A stretch of DNA of 64,000 bases from Bacteroidia bacterium (GTDB taxonomy: Bacteria; Bacteroidota; Bacteroidia; Bacteroidales; VadinHA17). The notes under the pieces were generated by a model. The model was given only the letters and a program-made list of their open reading frames with translations. It had not been told where the DNA came from and ran no database searches. This document shows positions 8,547 to 18,102 of the stretch, in pieces (the first letter of the stretch is position 1; every line of letters starts with the position of its first letter). The position numbers and the translations under genes are program-made. Location: assembly GCA_026391215.1 (NCBI GenBank), contig JAPLDX010000056.1, positions 107,452 to 171,451 on the forward strand, given 5' to 3'.

Positions 8547-9857
8547 TCAGAATTTGTAGGAAATACCCGAGAAGACGCCGAATGAATACGGATGGATTCT
8601 CATACCGGGTATATCATTGAAAGGATTGATATAATATCTGAATGTTGGTTCGAGGTTCAGAGAAAGGTTATTGGAAAAATTGTATTCCATACCCATTCCC
8701 AGGGAACTGCTGAATGTAATCAGATTCATTCCATCAGTTGTTCCAATATCTTTTCTGCTGCCACCTTTTGAAGCATAAACTGAATTATTAACCAGCAGGT
8801 TTGATGATAATCCTCCTATAATGTTAAAATCCAGAGCCTTGTCAACAATTTTATATCTCAGGATGACCGGCAGTTCAAGATAGTTGAAGCTCTGACGGAT
8901 TGAATTGTCAAGGTATGTAAGACCTGCCTTTTCCGCATCAAATATATTGATATTGTAGTCGGTCCGGATTCTGTCAGCAGACAGACCATCGGTAAGAAAG
9001 ATATCAGTATTGTTGGTCAGCACTGTTCCGTTCGAGGTAAGCACTTCAAAGGTAGGGTTCCCTTTTGTGTAAAAGAACTGTTCAAAACCGCTATAAGCTG
9101 AAATACCTGACAGCTCTTTCCCGATTGATGAATAGTAAAAACCTGATTGTATGCTGAATCTCTTACTGATCTTATAAGCTAAAGTAACACCACCGGAATA
9201 TGAAACTACCATCTGCTCAGAAGACATCGCCTGTGAAACAGCTTCATTTTCCCCTGAACTGAACCGTGACTGATAGGTTGGTGAAAGCAATGCGGAAATT
9301 GACCATCTGTTGAGCTGTTTTCGGCTTGTATTATCCAGAGCATCTAATGAGTTCTCTTCTTTAATATCTATGTAACCCGTTTTGCCATAATTCAAAGCCA
9401 GCGGACCTGCAGATCTGGCTGTATTATCTGCCAGTTTACCTGATCCCGGGTCACTTTCAAAATCTCTTACAGTAGCAATAATATTGGAGGTATTGACTGG
9501 AGTAACAACCTGATTTCCCTGAAGGGAGGTTCTGGAATAAAGCTGCTGGTTTTGTGAAATTTCATTATCAGCACGATTAACGTAAGCGAGTATCTGCGAA
9601 GGGGCAACAGATTCCGGATTAAGTGCGATAACAGGATTTTCGAGATTTGACGATATCTCCATGCTGTATTTGTATGCTACAATTCCCAGTGAAACTATAA
9701 CGGCGAATGTAGCTGCAGCTCTCAGAATAACTAACGGCCTCTGCTTCTTCCTGATCACAGGTTGAATATTACTCCATACATCCTGTGGAGGAAGCACTTC
9801 ATAATCTTTCAGCCCGTTCCTGAAAACAATGTCAATATTTACCCCTCTGTCATCCAT
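8547..9857 (-). CDS. Putative anti-sigma factor with C-terminal outer-membrane beta-barrel
   Basis: N-terminal D..FR..L...E..PP..VW..I segment, one TM helix, polar linker, amphipathic beta-strands ending GISYKF; overlaps the 3' end of an ECF sigma gene. Confidence 0.7.
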   Translation of the reverse strand: MDDRGVNIDIVFRNGLKDYEVLPPQDVWSNIQPVIRKKQRPLVILRAAATFAVIVSLGIVAYKYSMEISSNLENPVIALNPESVAPSQILAYVNRADNEISQNQQLYSRTSLQGNQVVTPVNTSNIIATVRDFESDPGSGKLADNTARSAGPLALNYGKTGYIDIKEENSLDALDNTSRKQLNRWSISALLSPTYQSRFSSGENEAVSQAMSSEQMVVSYSGGVTLAYKISKRFSIQSGFYYSSIGKELSGISAYSGFEQFFYTKGNPTFEVLTSNGTVLTNNTDIFLTDGLSADRIRTDYNINIFDAEKAGLTYLDNSIRQSFNYLELPVILRYKIVDKALDFNIIGGLSSNLLVNNSVYASKGGSRKDIGTTDGMNLITFSSSLGMGMEYNFSNNLSLNLEPTFRYYINPFNDIPGMRIHPYSFGVFSGISYKF

Positions 9858-10410
9858 TCAACAATTTCTTCTTATGTCCTGTATATGATCCCACTCTCCT
9901 CTGGAGAATTGCTCTCGCGCGGGAGAGGTTCGACTTTGAGGTTCCCTCTGATATATTAACCATCTTGCTTATCTCCTTATGTGAATAGCCTTCAATTGCA
10001 AAAAGGTTAAATACCATTCTGTATTTCGGAGGGAGTTCCCTGATAATTTCCAGAAGATCAACAGCCTGGAGACCTGAATAATCTTCGTTATCCGGATCAG
10101 CATCCAGTTCAGGGATATCGTCAATATCGTCAACCCTGTACAGGTTGTGCCTGGCCCTGTATTTTTCCAGTGCCGTATTGACTATTATCCTGCGGATCCA
10201 ACCTTCAAAGGAACCCTCGTACTTGTAGTTAGCAAGATTTTCAAAGATCTTTATAAATCCCTCCTGCAAGATATCCCTCGCCTCTTCATCGTTGCCTGAA
10301 TACTGAAGGCACACAGCATACAGCCTTGCCGCATGCCGTCTGTACAGAAGCTCCTGATCTCTTCTGTCACCTTTAAGACAACCGCTGATGATATTTTTAA
10401 TCTCTGACAA
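9850..10410 (-). CDS. ECF RNA polymerase sigma-70 factor
   Basis: DILQEGFIKIF, SFEGWIRRI, region 4 LPPKYRMVFNLFAIEGYSHKEI...GTSKSNLSRAR. Confidence 0.95.
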   Translation of the reverse strand: MSEIKNIISGCLKGDRRDQELLYRRHAARLYAVCLQYSGNDEEARDILQEGFIKIFENLANYKYEGSFEGWIRRIIVNTALEKYRARHNLYRVDDIDDIPELDADPDNEDYSGLQAVDLLEIIRELPPKYRMVFNLFAIEGYSHKEISKMVNISEGTSKSNLSRARAILQRRVGSYTGHKKKLLNG

Positions 10411-10514
10411 AGCTTTATGGACCTATAAGAGTATAAAAATACAAAGAAATTGTCTTAAAACCCAAAATTCAGGTATAAGATTGATGAATAAACCCTTAAA
10501 AAGGTTGCTTTTTG

Positions 10515-11906
10515 TTATAAATGAATCACCTCCCCGTAGGCTGCTGCCGCAGCCTCCATTATTGCTTCCGACATTGTAGGATGGGGATGAACAGCTTTTA
10601 TTATCTCATGGGCCGTAGTTTCAAGCTTCCTGGCAACGACGATCTCTGAGATCATCTCCGTCACATTTGCTCCTATCATATGAGCTCCGAGCAATTCTCC
10701 ATATTCAGCATCGAATATAAGCTTAATAAAGCCATCCTTTGAACCTGATGCGCTGGCTTTACCTGAGGCGGTAAACGGGAATTTTCCGACCTTTAGCTCA
10801 TATCCTGCCTCCCTGGCAGCGGCTTCTGTAAGGCCAACCGATGCAATTTCCGGATTTGTATAGGTACAGGCCGGAACATTCTTATAATCGAGCGGCTCCA
10901 CATTTATTCCCGCCATCTTTTCAACACAGGTTATCCCCTCGGCTGATGCGACATGGGCCAATGCCGGACCATGAACAATATCTCCTATGGCAAATAAACC
11001 CGGAACTGAGGTGCGGTAGTATTCATCAACCGTCACTTTCCCTTCGTCGGTCTTAACTCCGGCTTTTTCAAGTCCAATACCTTCAATATTAGTGGTGATG
11101 CCGACAGCTGACAGAACTATATCTGCCTCCGTCGTCTCAATACCCTTAGGTGTCTTTATTGTCACCAGACATTTCTCCTTTGAGGTATCAACAGATTCCA
11201 CTGATGAACCTGTCATGATCTTCATCCTAAGCTTTTTAAATGACCGTTCAAGCTGTTTCGATACCTCTTCATCCTCATTCGGGACTAACCGCGGAAGGAA
11301 CTCAACCAGCGTCACTTCCGTTCCTATGGCCTGGTAGAAATTAGCAAATTCACTTCCAATTGCACCGGAACCAACAACAACCATTGAGGCTGGCTGTTTC
11401 GAAAGAGTCATTGCCTCCCGGTAACCGATGATCTTTTTACCGTCCTGTTTCAGGTTCGGCAGCTCTTTGGACCGTGCACCTGTAGCCAGAATTATGTTCT
11501 TTGCACCCAGGCTTGTTTTTTTGCCCTCTGCATCTTCAACTTCAACGGAATTATTCCCGGATAAGCGTCCAAATCCCCAGATATGTGTTATGTTATTTTT
11601 CTTAAAGAGAAACTGAATCCCCTTGCTCATACCATCAGCAACACTACGGCTGCGTGCAATGATTGCTCCGAAATCAGCTTTCACTTGCCCTCCCACTGTG
11701 ATACCGTAATCTGATGCATGATTCAGATATTCGAATACCCGGGCACTCTTCAACAGGGATTTCGTCGGTATACATCCCCAGTTGAGGCAGATGCCTCCCA
11801 GTTCAGCTTTCTCAATAACTGCAACCTTCATTTTCAATTGCGAAGCCCTTATTGCTGCTACATAGCCACCCGGGCCGCTTCCTATTACTACAAGATCGTA
11901 ATCCAT
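10515..11906 (-). CDS. lpdA: Dihydrolipoyl dehydrogenase
   Basis: GSGPGG FAD motif, GGICLNWGCIPTK redox disulfide, HPHPTMSE. Confidence 0.97.
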   Translation of the reverse strand: MDYDLVVIGSGPGGYVAAIRASQLKMKVAVIEKAELGGICLNWGCIPTKSLLKSARVFEYLNHASDYGITVGGQVKADFGAIIARSRSVADGMSKGIQFLFKKNNITHIWGFGRLSGNNSVEVEDAEGKKTSLGAKNIILATGARSKELPNLKQDGKKIIGYREAMTLSKQPASMVVVGSGAIGSEFANFYQAIGTEVTLVEFLPRLVPNEDEEVSKQLERSFKKLRMKIMTGSSVESVDTSKEKCLVTIKTPKGIETTEADIVLSAVGITTNIEGIGLEKAGVKTDEGKVTVDEYYRTSVPGLFAIGDIVHGPALAHVASAEGITCVEKMAGINVEPLDYKNVPACTYTNPEIASVGLTEAAAREAGYELKVGKFPFTASGKASASGSKDGFIKLIFDAEYGELLGAHMIGANVTEMISEIVVARKLETTAHEIIKAVHPHPTMSEAIMEAAAAAYGEVIHL

Positions 11907-11910
11907 ATTT

Positions 11911-11988
11911 GTTATTAGTTATTAGTTATTTGTCATTGGTTATCAGTGATTTATCTTCCACGTCTTGTGTCGTGCGTCGTGCATCTTT
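11911..11988. repeat. Two short heptamer tandem arrays overlapping the 3' end of the permease gene
   Basis: GTTATTA GTTATTA GTTATTT GTCATTG GTTATCA GTGATTT (11911-11952) and CGTCTTG TGTCGTG CGTCGTG CATCTTT (11961-11988). Confidence 0.7.
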
Positions 11989-12801
11989 CTTACCACTCCT
12001 GATCATCTGATAAATAATCTTTACAATAGCCCATATTAATACAAGGGTAAAGATGATTGTTGCCCCAACCGGTATTCCTGCATAATAGGAGATCACATAA
12101 CCAGCAGCTATCCCGACAAATCCAGAAAGGATTGACCAGACAATTATTCTGGAATAGACCCTGGTGAAAATCATAGCTATATTGGGAGGAATGGTCAGCA
12201 GTGAAAGTACAAGGATGACGCCGGCCATTCTTATATTCAATACGATTGTAAGTGCAATCAGGGCTGTTGTAATATATTTAAAGGTATTTACATAAGGCGA
12301 ATAGGTTCTTGCAAATGACTCATCGTAAGAGATATAGAGGATTGTACGGTAGAAAATGCTGAAGTATAGAATCAGGATCACTGACATGATCCCGAGTGCA
12401 ATGATATCGGCATTGGTGACTGTAAGGATGCTGCCAAAAAGATAGCTCATTAGGTTGGGAGAATAACCGGGAGTAAGATATATGAAGATAATTCCTATTG
12501 CCATTCCGAAAGCCCAAAGTATGCCAATAGCCGAATCTTCCCTGATCTTTTGTTTTATAGACATGTATTCTACTCCAAGGGCTGAAAGTATCCCGAAAAT
12601 TGCAGCTCCGACCACCGGATTGAATCCGGCAAAATAACCGATGCCTATTCCTCCGAAAGAAGCATGTGTGATCCCTCCGCTGAGAAAGACCATCCTTCTG
12701 GAGACAATATATGTCCCTGCAAGCCCCGCTGTTATGCTGGCAAATACCGCTCCAAGCAGCCCTTTAATGATAAAATCATATTGAAAAATACTGCCTTCCA
12801 A
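11926..12801 (-). CDS. znuB: Zn/Mn ABC transporter permease (ZnuB-like)
   Basis: Multi-TM; GITHASFGG, EDSAIG, YLFGSIL motifs of the ABC-3 family. Confidence 0.9.
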   Translation of the reverse strand: MEGSIFQYDFIIKGLLGAVFASITAGLAGTYIVSRRMVFLSGGITHASFGGIGIGYFAGFNPVVGAAIFGILSALGVEYMSIKQKIREDSAIGILWAFGMAIGIIFIYLTPGYSPNLMSYLFGSILTVTNADIIALGIMSVILILYFSIFYRTILYISYDESFARTYSPYVNTFKYITTALIALTIVLNIRMAGVILVLSLLTIPPNIAMIFTRVYSRIIVWSILSGFVGIAAGYVISYYAGIPVGATIIFTLVLIWAIVKIIYQMIRSGKKDARRTTQDVEDKSLITNDK

Positions 12802-13548
12802 TCAATTGTGAGTTTTAAGTACTGTATGAGGAACCTCTCCATGAGTGATAAGCTGAATGGGACACCCATAAGCAAGAAGCTGTTCATTGGTTATCTCTGA
12901 CGATGGATGATAATGAAGTCCCATATTGACACATGCATATGATTTCACATGAGATGAGATCATTCCTATATCATGAGATACCATCAGGATTGCCATGCGC
13001 TTGTTCAGGTCGCGTAACTTATCATAAAAATCCTTTTCAAAATTTGAATCGACAAAATTGCCAGGCTCATCAAGAAGCAGCAATTTAGGATCGCCTATTA
13101 TTGCCCGGCCAAGAAAAACCCTCTGCAGCTGCCCTCCTGACAATTCATTCAACGATGACCGGGCCATCCTGGAAAGTCCAAGCTCCCCGATTACCTCTGC
13201 TGCCCTTTTCTTATCGGATGATGACATTCTCGAAATGATCTTTTTGCGTATCATCATCCCTGAAAGTATAACATCCGTGACCGTCAGCGGGTAGCTAACA
13301 TCTCCGGTGGATATCTGGGGCAGGTAACCGATGCTCTTACCGTCAACAAGATCTTTATTAAAAACCAGTTCCCCGCTGACCGGCTTAACTAATCCCAATA
13401 TCACTTTAAGAAGCGTTGTCTTTCCTCCTCCGTTCGGGCCAATCACCCCTATGAAATCGCTTTCATTTACACTGAAATTGACATCCCGGAGCGCGAAACC
13501 GGAACCATAAGAAACTGAAACAGAATGCATTTCAAACAGGCACGACAT
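12802..13548 (-). CDS. znuC: Zn/Mn ABC transporter ATP-binding protein
   Basis: GPNGGGKT, LSGGQLQRV, LLLDEP, VSHD. Confidence 0.9.
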   Translation of the reverse strand: MSCLFEMHSVSVSYGSGFALRDVNFSVNESDFIGVIGPNGGGKTTLLKVILGLVKPVSGELVFNKDLVDGKSIGYLPQISTGDVSYPLTVTDVILSGMMIRKKIISRMSSSDKKRAAEVIGELGLSRMARSSLNELSGGQLQRVFLGRAIIGDPKLLLLDEPGNFVDSNFEKDFYDKLRDLNKRMAILMVSHDIGMISSHVKSYACVNMGLHYHPSSEITNEQLLAYGCPIQLITHGEVPHTVLKTHN

Positions 13549-13552
13549 GACT

Positions 13553-14419
13553 TTAATTTTCAGTAAAACTCTTATGCAATTCGGTAATTATTTCCTCTGT
13601 TGTTGTCAGCCACTTTTCCGACAGCGGATCAATGACTGTAATTGTAGCGCCAATCTCTGTTGCTATTGCCCTGGCATTCCTGCTGTCATATTCTTTCTGA
13701 ACAAAGATCGTTGAAATATTTTCTTCCCTGGCCAGATCGATCAGCTCTTTCAGTCTGGAAGGCGGGGGTTCTTTTCCTTCGTACTCCACAGGAACTTCAA
13801 CAAGGCCGTAATCCCTTGCCAGGTATCCAAGATTGGGGTGATAAATCATAAATGATCTCCCTTTATCTCCCTGGAAGAGAGACGTGGCCATGCTGTCAAT
13901 CCCGGTGATCTTTGAAAAAAGTATATTGTAATTTGACTCATATTTCTGCTTTTGGGCAGGATTAAGGCTGCAAAGAAGATCTTTTACCGATGAAGCCATA
14001 ATTTTTGCACATTTAGGTGATACCCAGTAATGAGGATCAGCTCCCTCCTCATGACCGTCTTCATGCTGATGCCCTAAAGTTATCAGATTGATCTTATTAC
14101 CAAGGGATATCTTTATCATTGTTTTATTGATCTCATAAAACCTGTCAAGCCATGTTTCTTCAAATCCCAGGAATCCATTGCTTATATAGGCTTCTGATCT
14201 CCGCAGTTTGCTTATCTGCTCCGGATATGGTTCATAAATATGGGGATTGGATCCTGGGGGAACCATAATGTTAACCGTGAAATCATCACCTGCTATCTCC
14301 TCAATAAAATATTTATATGGCGCAATGCTTACGGTGATCATACCCTTTTCGGTTCCGGAAGGGTCATGCCTGCATGAAATGATACCAATCAGCAAAATAA
14401 TTGTAAACCACTTTTTCAT
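13553..14419 (-). CDS. znuA: Zn/Mn ABC transporter substrate-binding lipoprotein
   Basis: Lipobox IISC, NPHIYEP, His-rich loop HQHEDGHEE, DPHYW; start at ATG 14419. Confidence 0.9.
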   Translation of the reverse strand: MKKWFTIILLIGIISCRHDPSGTEKGMITVSIAPYKYFIEEIAGDDFTVNIMVPPGSNPHIYEPYPEQISKLRRSEAYISNGFLGFEETWLDRFYEINKTMIKISLGNKINLITLGHQHEDGHEEGADPHYWVSPKCAKIMASSVKDLLCSLNPAQKQKYESNYNILFSKITGIDSMATSLFQGDKGRSFMIYHPNLGYLARDYGLVEVPVEYEGKEPPPSRLKELIDLAREENISTIFVQKEYDSRNARAIATEIGATITVIDPLSEKWLTTTEEIITELHKSFTEN

Positions 14420-14533
14420 AACATTGAAAATTCCCGGGGGCATACAAATTTAACATATAACAGAACAAAAGGTTTATGTGTTGCAAATAAAATAATATAC
14501 ACTATTTTTGAGTATGATAACTGGTACGGCCGG

Positions 14534-15028
14534 ATGAAGAATAAAGGAGAGATACTTGCAGCAATCCTGCGAGATTTTAAAAACTGCTATTTTTTCCTCC
14601 ATAACACAAAAGAATTCGCTGTCGTTGAAAAGATAATGAATGAAGGATTCATTTTTGAGAGCCAGCTGCCTCATTCTACAGACCGTATCAATCCCAACGA
14701 ACCAATAGAGGTTACATATTTCCTTTTTCAGCGGAAGGATTACGGATTATATACCATAATTATTGCCATTCCGAAATCCACGTATGAAATCTATTCGGAT
14801 GTATCAAACAAGAATGATACAGGGATAGAGGAAGTTATGACCATTACTGATCCATATTATGGTGATAATGACGAATTGATCTATACGACTTCGCCAAAAC
14901 ATATCCTTGGCTATTTTAACATCCGGACTGCGGAGTTCTTCAGTAATAAGAACTGGGACCCTTCATTCAACAATAATCTTTTAAGGCCGCCGGCGAAGAG
15001 ACCGGCAAAACCCGATAAGCTTCTCTGA
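14534..15028 (+). CDS. Hypothetical protein (possible ADP-ribosyltransferase-like fold)
   Basis: 164-aa ORF filling the gap between genes; LHNT...I...GF pattern only. Confidence 0.6.
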   Translation: MKNKGEILAAILRDFKNCYFFLHNTKEFAVVEKIMNEGFIFESQLPHSTDRINPNEPIEVTYFLFQRKDYGLYTIIIAIPKSTYEIYSDVSNKNDTGIEEVMTITDPYYGDNDELIYTTSPKHILGYFNIRTAEFFSNKNWDPSFNNNLLRPPAKRPAKPDKLL

Positions 15029-15073
15029 TCTTATTGTACCTTAGGAACGTTTAGACCTTTTTATTGCTATTAC

Positions 15074-15112
15074 AAAAAAAAATGAGGCCGTCCCCCTTAT
15101 ACGGCCTCATTT
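15074..15112 (-). terminator. Intrinsic terminator
   Basis: AAATGAGGCCGT...ACGGCCTCATTT stem followed by a U-tract on the minus strand. Confidence 0.8.
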
Positions 15113-15125
15113 CCAGGAATGATAT

Positions 15126-15842
15126 CTAGTATGTCTTGAGCGATATCGTAAAGAATCCCGTTGCTTTTGAAGAGCTTATTTCAAATTTCCATGCACCTGT
15201 CTTATCCTGATTTTCCGTTTCGGAGATATTAAATGATTTCCTCCAGTGCAGGTTGCCGAATTCATCGATTATGATATCCGAATAGGTTTTACCGTTCGGC
15301 ATTATGATCTTAATTTGTATTTCACCTGATTTACAGTCGCCATTAACTGACATTTCGACTGAATTTATCGTAGTTTCCACATCAAAAGTATAGTCACGGG
15401 AAAAAGTTGTTTCTTTTACAGACTTTGAGAAATCCCATGAAGTTCTTTCAGAATCACCCATGTCAAATGGATTTGAATGAGAGAAGATATCAACTCCGGG
15501 AGCAACAATATAAGACTCACCATTATTATAATATGACCTATTTCTTCCAAGATCTTCATAGATCCTGAAAGCCTTGCGGAAATCGGTCGAATCATTCCAT
15601 TGTAACTTGTAATTTTTCATGGCTTCATCGATCTCAATTTTCTGTTCCTCGAAAACCTTCTGCAATTCCTCCTGGGCTTTCTTCTGTTCCGCCATGGCTT
15701 TCTTCTGCTCTTTTATGGCTTCCTGGATTTGTAATTCCTTTTCCTTCTCCTCGCTGGACTTTTCCTGGGCATTTATCCCCTGGAAAGAAGTACCGACAAT
15801 AAGCAGGAAAATCATCGATAATATTAAACTGCTCTTTTTCAT
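15126..15842 (-). CDS. Secreted hypothetical protein with coiled coil and C-terminal beta-rich domain
   Basis: Sec signal peptide MKKSSLIL...INA-QE; E/K/Q-rich coiled coil; start at ATG 15842. Confidence 0.75.
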   Translation of the reverse strand: MKKSSLILSMIFLLIVGTSFQGINAQEKSSEEKEKELQIQEAIKEQKKAMAEQKKAQEELQKVFEEQKIEIDEAMKNYKLQWNDSTDFRKAFRIYEDLGRNRSYYNNGESYIVAPGVDIFSHSNPFDMGDSERTSWDFSKSVKETTFSRDYTFDVETTINSVEMSVNGDCKSGEIQIKIIMPNGKTYSDIIIDEFGNLHWRKSFNISETENQDKTGAWKFEISSSKATGFFTISLKTY

Positions 15843-15871
15843 GACTGCCTGAGTTTTATTATTTATCAATT

Positions 15872-15879
15872 CAAAGATA
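15872..15879 (-). promoter_or_regulatory. -7 promoter box (TATCTTTG)
   Basis: TAnnTTTG 30 nt upstream of ATG 15842. Confidence 0.6.
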
Positions 15880-15901
15880 GTACCACAAACAACCCGATTC
15901 T

Positions 15902-15930
15902 GTTAATGAAGGGTTAATGCAGAGTTAATG
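15902..15930. promoter_or_regulatory. Three GTTAATG direct repeats at 11-bp period, candidate OmpR/PhoB-family binding site
   Basis: GTTAATG at 15902, 15913 and 15924, in the divergent gap upstream of a histidine kinase/OmpR-type pair. Confidence 0.7.
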
Positions 15931-15993
15931 TTTTGAATGGTACATCAGCCTATTGACAAAAATTGAATACTTTTGATGAGAAAACTGAAATAT

Positions 15994-17382
15994 ATGCAAA
16001 AAAGGAATACCGTTCTGATATTGGCAGTTTTTTCAATTCTGATCCTCATAACATCCCAGATTATAATAATCAGGGGCGTATGGAAACAGAATGACGAACT
16101 GCTTAAATTAAGATACCGGACGCTTTCCCAGGAAGCTGTTGCATCGATGAGAGGAAGGCCATCTGTTGCTTATGATACGGTTTCCAGGCTTCTTGATGAT
16201 TACAGCAGCAAGAAAATTAAGGAGCTCAGGGAAATCACGGATTCTGCAAAGCTTGCAGAAAAGAAAAAAGACATTCTGACATACGTTACAGTTTTATTAA
16301 ATAAGGAACAGGACTTTTCAGACATACTTTCTTCATATTTTGAGGAAAATGGATTTGAAAAGAATTTCAATCATATTATTTCGATAAACAACCTGGAGTT
16401 TATTGATGTTGACACATTCCTGATCTACGGGGATCGGTCCTTTGTAAACCGTAGGCCCGGCAGCAGGCAAAAGATGCCTTCAGCGCTGAAGGAGACAAAG
16501 TCAAGTATCCTGGTAAACAGACAGTGGATTGGTGGTAATAATTATATAATGAATTTTGAATACTCCATCGATTTCTCGGATAAAAGGAGAATGATCCTGC
16601 AGGAAATTGCCTGGACTCTGACAATGAGCATCTTCAGCATACTAATAGTAGCGATATTATTTCTTTACACGTACCGCAACCTTATGGAAGAGAAGAGGTT
16701 ATCCAATCTTAAGACCGACTTCATTAATAATATGACCCACGAGCTGAAAACCCCACTTGCAACAATTACAGTAGCAGGCAAAACCCTTGAAATGGAACAG
16801 ATCAGGGCCGATGATTCAAAGATCCTTGAAACAGCGAAGCTCATCGGAAAACAGAGCGTTCATCTCAATCAGCTCATCAACATGATCCTTGAAATAAGCA
16901 TGTGGGAAAGAACTCAGTTCCAGCTCGATAAGAAAAAAGTTGATATTGAAGAGGTGATGAATGATATTGTAAGCAGCTTCAGCGCAGGCTGCCGTGATTG
17001 TGCTTCATTAAGCCAGAAGTACTGCTTCAACGGAGTAAAAGCGGATATCGATCTTGTATATTTCACCACACTGATAAATAACCTCCTTTCAAATGCAGTG
17101 AAATATTCTGATAAAGAACCTGCCATTGATATCGAAGGAAATGCTGAAGATAATAACATCTGCATTAAGATCGCCGATAATGGCATCGGTATAAACAGGA
17201 CTGATCAGAAGCACATATTTGATAAGTTCTACCGCGCCTCTTCAGGTAATATACATAAGTATAAAGGACTGGGATTAGGGCTTTATTATGTCAAGAAAAT
17301 TGCAGTGGCTCACGGCGGAGATGTAACTGTGAGCAGTAAACCGGGAAAAGGTAGTATATTTACGATAACAATACCTTATTAA
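15994..17382 (+). CDS. Sensor histidine kinase (RprX-like)
   Basis: Two TM helices, FINNMTHELKTP H-box, NLLSNAVKY, DNGIG, GLGLGL; ATG 15994 chosen because a TACTTTTG box lies at 15968-15975. Confidence 0.93.
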   Translation: MQKRNTVLILAVFSILILITSQIIIIRGVWKQNDELLKLRYRTLSQEAVASMRGRPSVAYDTVSRLLDDYSSKKIKELREITDSAKLAEKKKDILTYVTVLLNKEQDFSDILSSYFEENGFEKNFNHIISINNLEFIDVDTFLIYGDRSFVNRRPGSRQKMPSALKETKSSILVNRQWIGGNNYIMNFEYSIDFSDKRRMILQEIAWTLTMSIFSILIVAILFLYTYRNLMEEKRLSNLKTDFINNMTHELKTPLATITVAGKTLEMEQIRADDSKILETAKLIGKQSVHLNQLINMILEISMWERTQFQLDKKKVDIEEVMNDIVSSFSAGCRDCASLSQKYCFNGVKADIDLVYFTTLINNLLSNAVKYSDKEPAIDIEGNAEDNNICIKIADNGIGINRTDQKHIFDKFYRASSGNIHKYKGLGLGLYYVKKIAVAHGGDVTVSSKPGKGSIFTITIPY

Positions 17383-17399
17383 AATATTAACAAGGGGTT

Positions 17400-18083
17400 A
17401 TGAAAGTATTATTAGCAGAAGACGACAGGGATTTCGGAAATATTTTGTCGCAATATGTGACCATGAACGGTTTTGATGTAATACTCGCCCGTGATGGCAA
17501 TGAAGCATGGGAAAAGTTTAACCAGGAAAAACCAGACATTTGTGTGCTTGATGTAATGATGCCGGAAATGGATGGATTTACTCTCGGGGAAAAGATAAAA
17601 AAGGCGCAACCCGGAGTACCAGTAATTTTCCTGACAGCTAAAAGTCTGAAGGAAGATATTGTCAGGGGACTAAAGATAGGGGCTGATGATTATATTACAA
17701 AACCCTTTGATCCGGAAGTGCTGATACTCAGGATCAACAATATTCTAAAACGGACTTATTCATCAACAAATGATGAATATAAAATTTCAAATACCGTTCT
17801 TAAATTCAATACTCTTGAGCTTATCTGCGGTAATACAAAGGAAAAGCTCACCCTTAAGGAAGCCCTGCTTCTGAAGTATTTCATAATCAACAAGAATAAA
17901 ATTCTTGCAAGAGAAGATATCCTGACAGAAATCTGGGGGGAAGATGATTATTTCCTTGGCAGAAGCATGGACGTATTTATCAGCAGGCTAAGAAAATACA
18001 TTTCTGAAGATAAAAACCTGGATATCAGGACTGTCAGGGGGACGGGTTTTATGCTCGAAGAGCTGAACAAGGAAGAAATATAA
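17400..18083 (+). CDS. OmpR/PhoB-family response regulator (RprY-like)
   Basis: AEDD, LDVMMP, FLTAK, ADDYITKPF, winged-helix RSMDVFISRLRK, TVRGTGF. Confidence 0.95.
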   Translation: MKVLLAEDDRDFGNILSQYVTMNGFDVILARDGNEAWEKFNQEKPDICVLDVMMPEMDGFTLGEKIKKAQPGVPVIFLTAKSLKEDIVRGLKIGADDYITKPFDPEVLILRINNILKRTYSSTNDEYKISNTVLKFNTLELICGNTKEKLTLKEALLLKYFIINKNKILAREDILTEIWGEDDYFLGRSMDVFISRLRKYISEDKNLDIRTVRGTGFMLEELNKEEI

Positions 18084-18102
18084 AACACATTAAGGTTTCA
18101 TA

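Noticed and set aside
14444-14533. Zur/Fur box upstream of the Zn/Mn ABC transporter
   Set aside because: Only a GTTGCA half-site in AT-rich sequence; no convincing palindrome
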